Assembly: GCA_033442325.1 (NCBI GenBank)
Contig: JAWQFM010000020.1
Coordinates: 543,719 to 607,718 of the forward strand
DNA: 64,000 bases
Direction: 5' to 3'
Source: Salpingoeca rosetta
Taxonomy: Eukaryota > Protista > Choanoflagellata
In this document: positions 46,857-64,000 of the stretch, piece after piece
Layout: each line of letters opens with the position of its first letter
How positions within the stretch are numbered: position 1 is the first letter of the stretch
Program-made: the position numbers and the translations under genes
Notes under the pieces: generated by a model
What the model was told of the DNA's origin: nothing
Database searches by the model: none
The model's input: the letters and a program-made list of their open reading frames with translations, nothing else

Positions 46857-47349
46857 TGTCCTCACCAAACAAGCAAGGCGTTCACAAGCCACTCGAAGAC
46901 AAGGCAAGCAAGAAGGAAACGGTTTCGCGTTGTGTGCGTGCAGGCAAAACCGCCTTTCGTTGTTTGTTGAAATACTGAATTCAGTCGTGCATATTGAACG
47001 CAACTCACCCCACCTCCTTCTCAACCTTTTGCTGACTTTTGCTGTGTTGATCGTGAGTGTGCTTCCCACCTCCTCCTCCTCCATTCAGCTGCTTTGCTTT
47101 GCCCCTCGCTGTCACACACTCGCGCGTCGTCATCATCGTTGTTGTTGCTGCTGTTGTTGCTGTTGCTCTGCTGTTGTGCGCTTGCTTGTTTGCTCGCTTA
47201 TTGTGACCACCACCCAGTCCACTGCTCGGTTCCCTCCGTCGTGCTTCGCCTTGTTTTGTCCTTGTTGGCGAGAGTGCCTTGTTTATTTTGGTTGTTGTTT
47301 GTTGTTGTCTTTGTTTTCTTGTCATCACATCACATCAAGACAACCAGGC

Positions 47350-50078
<2,729 letters not shown>

Positions 50079-50755
50079 CTTCCATTGACTTCCCTTACAC
50101 AAGCAGCCCCTCGCACGCTCTTCTTCCCCTTGCTGTGAGCATCTACAGGGATGCTTGATCTTCCGTTCTGCTTCATGTCTGTTTTCCACCAAACACACAC
50201 ACACACACACACACACATTCTCCCTTAGTGCGTCATGTGGTCGAGAGTTATTTTGTGTCGTTTGTGTTTGCCGTCACATCACGTCACAAATGGCACCTGT
50301 TGTTGCACGTTCCCTTCTTTCGTTCTGCTTTGCCTTTTCTGTTTTTGATTTGGTTTCCAATGTGGTGTTGTCGATGCGTGCATGCGCTCGTTCCTTAGCA
50401 TGCCCTCACAGACACACACACACACACACACCATAAACTACACGACACGAGCGCTGGCGCTATCTTCGCACGAGCAATTCACACACCAAGAAACACAAAG
50501 CGCACGAAACACAAGATACACACATACAAACGAACTAAGCACACAAGACACACACACACACAGCACAACAAACACACACACACACGCGCAGCACAAACAA
50601 ACACAAAAAAAAAACGATCAAACAAGCAAACACAAACAAACAAACAAACAAACAAGCAAACAAACAAACAAACAAACACACCCACCACACACACACACGC
50701 GCGCGCGCACACACGCACACACGCACACACACAACGCCCCTCCGCCCGCCTCGCG

Positions 50756-52081
50756 TTAGTGCTTGACCGCTTCATCATAGCCTGTTTCGCGCATGCGACG
50801 CTGGATAAACCCATAGAACTGCGGCTTGGCCTCTATGCGGCGGGCATACTCCGGGTCGTTGTGCACCTTTACCGCCTGCTTCCGCATGCAGTCAATCATG
50901 AAATGCGCAACCTTGCGCAGGCCAAGGTCGACGGCACACGCCGGCAGCGCGTCCACCTTGGGATCCAGGGTGGCATACAGCTGGACGAAGGTTCCTGTCG
51001 CCTGCTCCATGCCCGGGTTCACCTCGGCCGGGGTGAGCACAATGGCGCCCATGGGCATCTCCGCCGTGACGACGCCAGACCGCGCTGGCGGGGAGCCGAG
51101 GTGTTGCGTCTCCTCCTTCAGGCGCACAAACTCTGGGTCGGCCTCTGCGGAGCGCATGAGGATGACCACCTGCCGCCGAAACGCCTCGCTCTCGTCCAGG
51201 CAGTCGACCCCGTTGATGAAGATGCTGAGGTTGCGATTGGAGAATGGCCAGGGGATGGAGTTGAGGAACTCCACCCACAGCTTTGTGGGCGAAAACTCGT
51301 GCACCACGTTGGACTCTGTGATGCCAAAGCCAAGCGCGGACGGCATCCACTGCGGGTGCAGGTCCACCTCGTACAGAATGGACAGGATCTCAAACATGGG
51401 GAAGTCCATCCAGCCCTCCACGCGGATCGTGTGCATCGCAGCATCCCGCTCGTGTCGGTAATATGTGTTGGTGCCGCCCGATGACCGCTGGAGCGTCCAG
51501 CCCTCCTCACTGGCAAGTGTCCTCCGGATCTGCTGCACGTCGTCGCTGTATTTGCGGAGCATGACGACCACGTCATCCTGAGCCAGCCGATGCCGCAACT
51601 TGGCCACACGCGCCGCCACATCCGCTTTCTTGGAGGCGCGGGCCGACGTCGACGACGATGACGACGAGACTGAAGATGAGCGGCGAGGAGGAGAAGAAGG
51701 TGCATGCTGGTCATTATCATCAACATCGCCAACTTGCTCATGTTCTTGTTGTTGCTGCTGTTCATGTCCTAGTTCTTCTTGTTGTTCATGTTCTTGGTGT
51801 GGCTCTGCTTCTGCATCTCCGTCTTCACCCGCTGTCCCCTGTTCACCCGCTGTCCCTTGTTGCTGGTTCTGATCAAGATTGCTGACGTCATCGTCATCAC
51901 CTTGTGCAGTAGTACTGCCGCCGCTGCTGCCGTCGCCGCGTGTCACATCGAATGCAGGGCACGTGTCAACAAAGTCCTGCACGCGGTCCACAAGGGCACG
52001 CGCTCGCATGCACCGATCGCAGCGGTACAGGTCCACGGCCTCTTCTAACGTCCGCTCTGCCTCTTCCACAGCCCGCTCCAT
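50756..52081 (-). CDS. START/SRPBCC lipid-binding domain protein, single exon
   Basis: Uninterrupted ORF from MERAVEE; GWTLQRSSGGTNTYYR..TIRVEGWMD..ILYEVDLHPQWMP..IPWPFSNRN (START PWP..R motif)..DPKV..LP. Confidence 0.75.
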   Translation of the reverse strand: MERAVEEAERTLEEAVDLYRCDRCMRARALVDRVQDFVDTCPAFDVTRGDGSSGGSTTAQGDDDDVSNLDQNQQQGTAGEQGTAGEDGDAEAEPHQEHEQQEELGHEQQQQQEHEQVGDVDDNDQHAPSSPPRRSSSVSSSSSSTSARASKKADVAARVAKLRHRLAQDDVVVMLRKYSDDVQQIRRTLASEEGWTLQRSSGGTNTYYRHERDAAMHTIRVEGWMDFPMFEILSILYEVDLHPQWMPSALGFGITESNVVHEFSPTKLWVEFLNSIPWPFSNRNLSIFINGVDCLDESEAFRRQVVILMRSAEADPEFVRLKEETQHLGSPPARSGVVTAEMPMGAIVLTPAEVNPGMEQATGTFVQLYATLDPKVDALPACAVDLGLRKVAHFMIDCMRKQAVKVHNDPEYARRIEAKPQFYGFIQRRMRETGYDEAVKH

Positions 52082-53331
52082 GCTGAGACAAACACTTGCT
52101 TGTCTTGACAAACAAAAACAACACAAGGCCAACAACAACGGGTGGGGTGGTGGTTGCGCTCCCTTCTTGTTGTGCTTCACCTTTGCCTGCGGATACAATT
52201 GAGCCTGAAGTCAGTCTGTCAAACTGATTTCAGTCGAACACAACCCTGGAATTGCTGCCGCAAAGCAAACCAGAAGAAGCGGCAACGACACTTGCTTGCA
52301 ACAGCAACAACAGACCAAACAGCATGGTCACATCAAGGACGTGCTGACGTCGGCTGCGTGTGTGCCCAACTCGGAGCAACATCAAGTTCAGCAGCACCAC
52401 CACCTCCACCACTGAAAAAACAGCAAAACACGTGGATGGGAGGAAGAGAAGGAGGTGTTTGGCCCTATCCCTCAGAAACACAGAAACGTAGGCACAGAAA
52501 CATCGAGAAACACGGCACCACCCTGCTGTCCTGCAAGCCTGCAGAAGTGCTCGCTGCCTCTCTGTGTGCGCGCCTGTGTGCGTGTGAGTGTGCGTCGTCT
52601 ATTTGTCGCAGAAAGAGGAGCAACAACTCTCGAACACAAAGCGGGAATTGTAACAACGAGAATATAAGAAAGCAAGAGATGAGAACAGCGCAGACAATAT
52701 AAGAGCAACAACCCACTGCTGCAGCCAAAACCATGATGCGCCAAAAGGCGGCGGCCCCAGAAATTAAGTGCGCTCTGAAACGCACGCGAGCAGAAACGAG
52801 CCCAACGCTTGCGCGCCGCACCCAAAAACACAGTCAACGAGAACAACAGCAAAACTGGTCACAGAAGACGGGCGAGCGGGCCAAAACAAAGTGTAACGTG
52901 GTGTAAAGGAGGGTTAAAGGGGCTGAGCAAAGAGGAAAAAATAAGGAAACCTGGAAACAAAACCACCTGAACACTAAGAGAGACAAAAAGGGTCATAGGA
53001 AGCATAAGGACGCCTGTAGAGAAGGCATAAGATGAATGCTGGGCAGAAAACGAAACGCTCAAGAGAGCGCGCAAACCCCGCGAGGGGACTGACTCGGGTG
53101 AAACGGCAGAGACCAAGAACAAGCTGCTCAGAAATGTAATGTAACAATGTCATCATCCACAACACTAACAACACGAACAAGCCTTAAAACTGCCACAACG
53201 GGAGGGAGGTCAGGCAACAAGGCGGCAAAGCGCAAGAACGGAGCCACTATCGACTACTGGCTATGTACAGGAGAAAGGAGGACGGGAGGATGCACACTGT
53301 GCAGGCCGTAATGAGCATGTAGGTCAGCAGC

Positions 53332-56300
53332 TCACACGCACTCGCTGTCGACATCGTCATCGTCACCAGCATCATCATTGACGGTGTTATGATGAAAGGC
53401 GCCACTGCTGCTGTCATCGCACGCACTCCCACTGGTATCGCTTCCATCGTTGTTCTCACCAACATTCTCACCACGACCATCACTGTCATTGTCGTCATTC
53501 TCAACTTCATGGTCAGTGTTGAGCTCTCCAGAGCGGCGATTACCACCATCACCACCACCACCACCATCATCATCATCGTCACCACTACCATCACCACCAC
53601 CACCACTACCATCATCATCATCATCATCATCGTCATCGTCATCATCATCATCATCGTCATCGTCATCATCAGCTGCGGTAACCGTGAGAGGCTTCTCCGT
53701 GTCATCATTCTGTGGTCGTTTCATGTCGCTGTTGGGCTCAGCCCGGGCATGGTCGTGGTGGCCTGAACTCGCCCCCGCGTGTGCTGCATCGGCGTTGACA
53801 GGCAGATGCACTACAGCAAAAGTGTCGTCATCTTCGCCATCGTGCATGGCCGAGTGACCGTGCTCTGCTTGCGCCTGTACATGTGTCTGCGATTGGTCCT
53901 GGTGCCGGTGCTGCTCCTGCTCCACCTCACCAGACAGAATCTGGCTGGATGTGGGCGTGGGGGCAAGGTCGTCTTCCCACAGCCCAAGCCTCACGAGCAT
54001 GCGATCCCAAGGCACATGCTGCTGCTGCTGTTGTTGTTGTTGCTGCTGTTGCAGAAGCTGGATGATGGCGCGCTGCAACCGCGCCCCTTGCGCACGTGAG
54101 CGGCTGTAGTGGTGCTCCATGATGCTCAGGCTCTCCCGCAGGTCCTTGTGCGTCATACGCGAGACTGCCTTGTACTTGCGGTTCTTGTGGCGCCGCCTTG
54201 CCTTCTTGAAGAGAATGTGCTCGTGCTGGGGCAGCGTCTGCATCATCCACGCGCGTGCGTCCCTCCACTCCGCCTCAAACATCTCCAGCGGATACTCTGC
54301 GCCCGCATCTCCGTCCGTGTCAGCCGCGCTGCCCTGGCTGGCACTGGCCGTGGAGTAGTGGCGATTCCGGTGCTGGGAGCCGTCTTGGCCCCGCTGCCCC
54401 TGCCTGGCCTGAGCTGCGCCCGCACCACGCCCACCATGGCGCGTGCTGTTCTTGTCCATCGCACGCTGCCCGACAGCGTTGCCACGCCGTTGCCGTGCAG
54501 CAGCAGCTGCTGCCCCGCCACTGCCGACACCGCCGCGCGCGCGCCCACGTCTGCGCTTCGCGCCATTCTTCTCAACGTCAGGCTTCCCATGCGATATTGC
54601 TGGTGGCGTGGTGGTCGCATTCATCGACATTCGCTCCATGCCGGCTGATGCAGAGACGGAGGATGAGTGCGATGCGGTGTTTGGCGCAGAGTGCCCCCGC
54701 TGTAACCCCACATGCCCGCTTCCATTGCCATTGCCATCGTGGTCACCCCCACCCCGCCTAGCGTCACCCTCTCGCATGCCCGCGGTCATGCTGGCGCCAG
54801 CACCGGCCCACGTTGTCTGCGGCTGCGGCCGCATGTGCACATCTGATGCCGATGCCGACACGGCTCGGCGGCGTCGGCTGCGCCTGCGTTGAGCGCGGAT
54901 GGCTCCAGCGGCTGCGGAGGAGGAGGAGGAGGAGAAGGAGGGGTTGGTGATGGTGGTGCCTCGCACGCCCAGGGCGGTGGAAGTGAACGCCGAGGTGGAT
55001 GCGGCCCGGGCATCCCGCGCGCGTGGCGATGGGCTCTGTCCTGCCGTTGCCGTTGCTGACGCAGGCCCTGATGCGGCCCTCGCTGAGCTGCTGGAGGATG
55101 CGCGTTTTCGCTGCTGCTCGGCGCCCTGGTGCGCTGTGCTGGAGGAGGATGGCAGAGGATCGACGGCGTCATCTATGGTGAACGGACGCTTCGCTGAGGG
55201 CGTACCCGGCGGGTGGCGCTGCTTGTCACGGTGTCGGTGCTTTCCGCGTGACCGCGCCCTGCGATCCCGCTTGCTGCCCTTCCTTCGCGTGGCGTGCTCA
55301 TCACCAGTTCCCTCACCGCCATCACCGCCATCACCGCCATCACCTTTGTCGTCGTTGCCACTGGTTGGCAAATGGTCACGTCTCACTGGTCGCAAGCCAT
55401 CCCCTCCCCTCATGCCCATGTTCTGTAGGCCGTGCGAGTCATCATTGTCACCACGAAAACCGCTGCCTCCGCCGTCTTCTGTGGCATTTTTCTCCAACAA
55501 TGAGGAGGAGGAGTGCAGCTGCTGGGTGTTTTGGCCACCAGGAGGAGAGTCACCATGCTGCTGTTGCTGCTGTTGTTGTGATTGTGATTGTGATAGTTGT
55601 GGACCAGCCAGTTGTGCCGTGCTTGGCAATGGGCGGTGCGGCTGCTGCTGTTGATGTGGTATGCTGGCTTGGTCCATGGGCGCAGTCAACCCACCACCAC
55701 CACCATCCCCGCCGCCGCCGCCGCCGCCATCACCAAAGGGCGGAAATGCTGCAGATGGGTTCATGGAGGCAAATGGAGGGTCCATTTGAGCCCACGCTGG
55801 TGGCTGGTGCTGGGTTGGCGGTTGCATGGACGGAGGGATGGCGTAGTACGGCAGCTGATGCGACCCAGGCATACTCCCTCGTCTGCTTGTCAAGACGCCC
55901 AAGGCGCCCCTCATTTGACCATGGAATTGGCCAAATGGGGAGAATGCGGTAAAGCCAAACCCGTGCGGCTGCTGTTGATGTTGCTGTTGATGCTGATGCT
56001 GATGCTGATGCTGATGCTGATGCTGATGCTGCTGTTGATGTTGTTGTTGATGCTGTTGTGGTAGTTGATTTCCGCGCTGCACCTGCTGCAGCAGCAACTG
56101 TTGTTGCTGTTGTTGTAGGTGATGCAGCAAGAGCTGTTGGTGTTGTTGTTGTTGTTGGTGTTGTTGTTGGTGTTGTTGTTGTTGTTGTTGTTGTTGCTGT
56201 TGCTGTACTTGTTGCTGTAACTGTTGTTGCTGTTGATGATGATGAAACGGCAAGTGCTGGTGTGGTTGCAGCTGTGGCGCCTGAGAACGCACGATTGCCG

Positions 56301-56643
56301 GGGGCACGATGGATGGGGGCACGCCGAGCGGTGCTGGTTGAAGCAAGTGTGCTTGTAGCTGTTGCTGTTGCTGCTGCTGTTGTTGTAGCTGTTGCTGTTG
56401 CTGAAGCTGGAGCTGTTGCTGTAGGTGTGGTGCCAGCACGGGGTGGGGAACCAGTCCGGCTAGCTGGCCATGCTGTCCTTGCTGTCCATGCTGTCCTTGT
56501 TGCTCGTGCTGTCCTTGCTGTCCTTGGTGGTGTGCATGTTGTGCATGTGCGTCATGGAGGACATCTGCGCCGCTCCGTCTGTGTTGCTGCCCGTCTTGCT
56601 GTTGCTGCTTGGCACTGTCGTCTTCTTCGCTTGGGCCGTCCAT
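53332..56643 (-). CDS. 1103-aa Q/H-rich protein with a Maf/CNC-like bZIP basic region; putative transcription factor
   Basis: Long single-exon ORF with poly-Q N-terminus; FKKARRRHKNRKYKAVSRMTHKDLRESL fits N-x7-R-x9-L; acidic tail. Confidence 0.65.
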   Translation of the reverse strand: MDGPSEEDDSAKQQQQDGQQHRRSGADVLHDAHAQHAHHQGQQGQHEQQGQHGQQGQHGQLAGLVPHPVLAPHLQQQLQLQQQQQLQQQQQQQQQLQAHLLQPAPLGVPPSIVPPAIVRSQAPQLQPHQHLPFHHHQQQQQLQQQVQQQQQQQQQQQHQQQHQQQQQHQQLLLHHLQQQQQQLLLQQVQRGNQLPQQHQQQHQQQHQHQHQHQHQHQHQQQHQQQPHGFGFTAFSPFGQFHGQMRGALGVLTSRRGSMPGSHQLPYYAIPPSMQPPTQHQPPAWAQMDPPFASMNPSAAFPPFGDGGGGGGGDGGGGGLTAPMDQASIPHQQQQPHRPLPSTAQLAGPQLSQSQSQQQQQQQHGDSPPGGQNTQQLHSSSSLLEKNATEDGGGSGFRGDNDDSHGLQNMGMRGGDGLRPVRRDHLPTSGNDDKGDGGDGGDGGEGTGDEHATRRKGSKRDRRARSRGKHRHRDKQRHPPGTPSAKRPFTIDDAVDPLPSSSSTAHQGAEQQRKRASSSSSARAASGPASATATAGQSPSPRARDARAASTSAFTSTALGVRGTTITNPSFSSSSSSAAAGAIRAQRRRSRRRRAVSASASDVHMRPQPQTTWAGAGASMTAGMREGDARRGGGDHDGNGNGSGHVGLQRGHSAPNTASHSSSVSASAGMERMSMNATTTPPAISHGKPDVEKNGAKRRRGRARGGVGSGGAAAAAARQRRGNAVGQRAMDKNSTRHGGRGAGAAQARQGQRGQDGSQHRNRHYSTASASQGSAADTDGDAGAEYPLEMFEAEWRDARAWMMQTLPQHEHILFKKARRRHKNRKYKAVSRMTHKDLRESLSIMEHHYSRSRAQGARLQRAIIQLLQQQQQQQQQQQHVPWDRMLVRLGLWEDDLAPTPTSSQILSGEVEQEQHRHQDQSQTHVQAQAEHGHSAMHDGEDDDTFAVVHLPVNADAAHAGASSGHHDHARAEPNSDMKRPQNDDTEKPLTVTAADDDDDDDDDDDDDDDDDDDDGSGGGGDGSGDDDDDGGGGGDGGNRRSGELNTDHEVENDDNDSDGRGENVGENNDGSDTSGSACDDSSSGAFHHNTVNDDAGDDDDVDSECV

Positions 56644-58076
56644 GCCGTGGCTAAGGACAGGTGTGCAATGTGGACGCAGATGATGTCAAGCGGAGAGGCA
56701 AAATGGAGACAAGGGAAATGATGGTGGTGGTGATGGTGTGTGAGAAACCGCACCAATGTGTGTTGGGGAAGGGGGGGGGGTATGGCTGGACGCGCGTGTT
56801 GTGTGCGATATAGCCCGTATGATGATGTGTTGACTGCGATGTGACTGTGCGATCGAGAGAGCTGGCGAAGTCGGCTGTGCGGTAGTGATTGTAGGGGCCA
56901 AGGAAAACGAAGATTGAAGGGGAAATGGAGTGGCACAGGCAGAAGGAAGGAGGAAGGCACGCTCAAAGAGAGGTGTTCGCCCGCCAAACAGCCAAGGACG
57001 TGGACAACACTAACACTCGACGAGTGCAACAAGATGGTGTAACGATAAGATGGTGTCGTCACGAAGCAAAAAAAAAAGGGTGTCAGACGGACAGGGCTGA
57101 AAGGAGAATGAACGTGCGAGGGAAAAGGAGGCAAGAAGGGTGCTCGGTCCTGCTGCCAGCAGTTCCAAGCGAAGCAAACAGCAGAGGTGTTGTGTGACAG
57201 TGCCCTTGTTGAGAAGCGGAGGAGGTAGAGGAGGAGGTGGAGGCGGAAGAGGAGGAGGAGGCGGAGGAAGAAGGGGAGGAGGAACAGGAGGTGTGGAAGG
57301 CAAATCTCACAGCCGACACCACCACCCCGCAGTCATTCGTGAAAGGTGACTCTCAGCCTTTGAGAGGAATGGGCCAATTGAGGTGGAGACAAGTGCATCA
57401 ACGGAAAGACGTACAAAAAGGACAAGGAAAGCAGTAGCGCTCCAACAAGAGAAAGAGGCGCTTGTTGGGTTGGTGTTTTCGGTGGGGAGGTGGTTGGCGT
57501 GTTCAAGGAATGTGGCGAGTGTGCGTGTATGGTGTCCACACTACAGTTGTGTTTGTTGGTGCGGTTATGCGGTTGTAGGCTGGTGTGGTTGTGGCTGTGG
57601 CTGTGGTTGTGTGGTTATGTGGTTGTGGCTGTGGTTGTGTGGTTATGTGGTTGTGGCTGACGCAGCACCAAGACGTGCCAGGAGAGGGGCTGCAGACTGA
57701 CACGCCGCCGCCACGCAGGAGAGGGCACAAGGTGCGTGTGGACAAACAAAGCAATGACAATGTTTGGCACGAGAGTGGAGGGTGGCCAAGGTTGCGTGCA
57801 TGGGACGGACCGTTGTTGAGTTTGGGGATGTCCGTCAAAGTGAGGAAATGGCTAGCTTGGGTGCTGGAAGCTTGGGGGTTGGCCAACGACAAGATGTCCT
57901 GCAGCGCAGCACCATATGCTTCACGCACCCACACACACACACATTCAAGTGTGGGGAGTGTTGGTCAAGCCAGCGGCAGAGCGGCTGCTGTCGTAGGGTG
58001 GAAGCGAACAAAGACAGCAACAAGCAACAAGAAGCAAAGTCAGCAAGGGTGCAAGAATGCAAATGCGTGATGTGTG

Positions 58077-58108
<32 letters not shown>

Positions 58109-60030
58109 AAGTGGTCCAACAAGGGGTGCAAAGAGGAAAGACAAAAAGACAAAGGGGCACCGGAAGTCAGGAGACGGAAGATGGACAAGCAAGTGAAATG
58201 GAGTGAGTCTGAGTGGCATGGGGGTGTGATTTGAGTCAACTGACAATCTAACAATGGAAGAATGGAAGAAGATGGTAGGAGCGACACACACACACACGCA
58301 CACACACGCACACACACGCACACACGCACACACAGGAAGATTCAGTGGGGGATGAGTCAAGCCGAACGCTTTCGCGAGTGAAAGGTGGACAGAGGGAACA
58401 GCAACACCAAACCAACCAACTCACCAAGCCAATAATGTAGCACCACCAACACAGCGCACCAAGCACCTACGGTAAATGAACGAATTGTGTCAAGCGCACA
58501 CAGAACACAGAGACACACACGCATATGAGAGCGGAGCGGAGCAGGTGATCCATGCAGAGGCCAATGCAACACAAGCGAAAATGCACCCCCCCCCCCCCAA
58601 TCCGTCCATCAAGAAGCAAGCACGCAAGTCGGGGAACAGCGGTGGTAGGTCGTGCCTTGAAGGGGAAGCGCATGCGGGGCGAGCGGGTGTGGGACACCGC
58701 GTGACTTGCTGAGCAACGACAGCAGTGTAAGCAGTACTGTTCTGCCCAGGGGGCGAGAAAAGCGTTGTGAATGTTTTTGTGCCTTGTGCTGCTTCCTGAC
58801 CTCCTTCTTGCTTGCTTCTTGCTTGCTGTTTGTTTGCAAGTGCAAGAGTGCAACCTCCTTTGTTCGCCGCGCTGACGCAGTGGAAGAAAGAAACAGAAAC
58901 GTCCACCACATCCACAACACACATCCACAACACACACACACAAAGGTCGAGAAAGAAAAGCACTCAGGAAAACGTGGCACCAGCTGACTGCCCGCTGAGC
59001 GGGTAGACACGGGTCAGCTACTGTATTGCTGTGAGATTCAAGAAGACACAAGAGGAAGAATGCCGCGTATCGCAATGTCTCACGTCAAATAACAACATTG
59101 TCACATCGTGTGAAACGACCCACACGCACACAAGCAACGGAAAACACAAAGGTACATTCACACAATAGGGACTTTGGTTAGGTCGGTGAGTCGTGGCAAC
59201 ACGACCAACGCTTGCGTGGTGCTGCAGCGTTGCAGCGAGCGCACGACATGTTGACAACGCGCGTGGCTCGCCCACAAAAACGCTATGCGCATGCAGGCGA
59301 AGGAGATCATGCCAAACGGCAAGTAGATGAATCAAAGAATCAATCAAAGAATCAATCACGTCAACACACTGCAGCAGCAACCCGAAACAAACCCTCCGAG
59401 TCAGCCAGTGTGATGGCTGGCTGGTTGGAGAGTGATCCAAAAAGGCAGCGCAAGCGAGCGTATTCGACCCACCTCCTCACCTCGCCACATCCATCAAAAA
59501 GAAAAGCCTCAACTCGCGCACGTAACAACCGAAAAGGGTGAACGCGAGAGGGTTGCGATGGCGTTTTTCGTTGTTCGTTCGCTGTGTGCGCGTGCGTCAG
59601 GGTCTGCGTCTGCATGCGTGACGCAACGGCCGACTCCCTTTGTTTCGTGTGACGAGTTTAGTTTTGACTGGGAAGTGCGGGAACATCGAATCGGACAACT
59701 GTCCCACCCGATTGACAGAAACTTATGGAATCATTTTACAGATGTTCGACTCCTTGGACAATCTTGCAGGATTCTAATTTTGGGTCAATGCATCGTTCGT
59801 TCGGGACAAACTGCATGTCGAAACGAAACAAAAAACCAAAACCAATTTTGACCTCCAATCGTCGCGTCAATCAAAGACAGCAAACACACACACACACACA
59901 TAAGTACACACACACATGCACACACACACACACACATGCACTCCGACACACGCACACACACATGCACACACATTCCCCCCCAGACACACACGCACACACA
60001 CACACACACACAAGCACACAAGCGCAACTG

Positions 60031-64000
<3,970 letters not shown>

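Noticed and set aside
59750-59770. GTTCGACTCC tRNA T-loop/B-box-like motif
   Set aside because: Flanks do not form a T-stem and no cloverleaf is evident.

Overview
Gene-dense, intron-rich eukaryotic DNA with GC-rich exons, pervasive (GT)n/(CA)n microsatellites and seven N-gaps. Composition and gene content point to a unicellular holozoan, most likely a choanoflagellate such as Salpingoeca rosetta (inference). Most ORFs in the supplied track are repeat artefacts. Stitching exons by hand gives about 15 genes: NT5C2-like 5'-nucleotidase (5'-partial), three sulfotransferases of different subfamilies, an MDM1/SAXO-like microtubule-binding protein, CWF19L1, a DEGS-like desaturase, a mitochondrial-type PPR protein, a JmjC oxygenase, an aquaporin, a CCR4/nocturnin-like EEP hydrolase, MOB1, a START-domain protein, a Q-rich Maf-like bZIP factor, and the 3' end of an ADGRV1/VLGR1-like adhesion GPCR. 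Main highlights: (1) the ADGRV1-like receptor ends in the vertebrate-type PDZ ligand IADTHL; (2) intronic repeats are polarised on the sense strand (GU at 5' splice sites, CA towards 3' splice sites), suggesting a splicing code; (3) a 29-bp exonic tandem duplication could be rescued by a new 59-nt intron; (4) the aquaporin has a hybrid H/H/A/R filter; (5) twin CDE-CHR-like promoter elements. Comparisons with known proteins are from memory, not database searches. Exon boundaries were read by eye.
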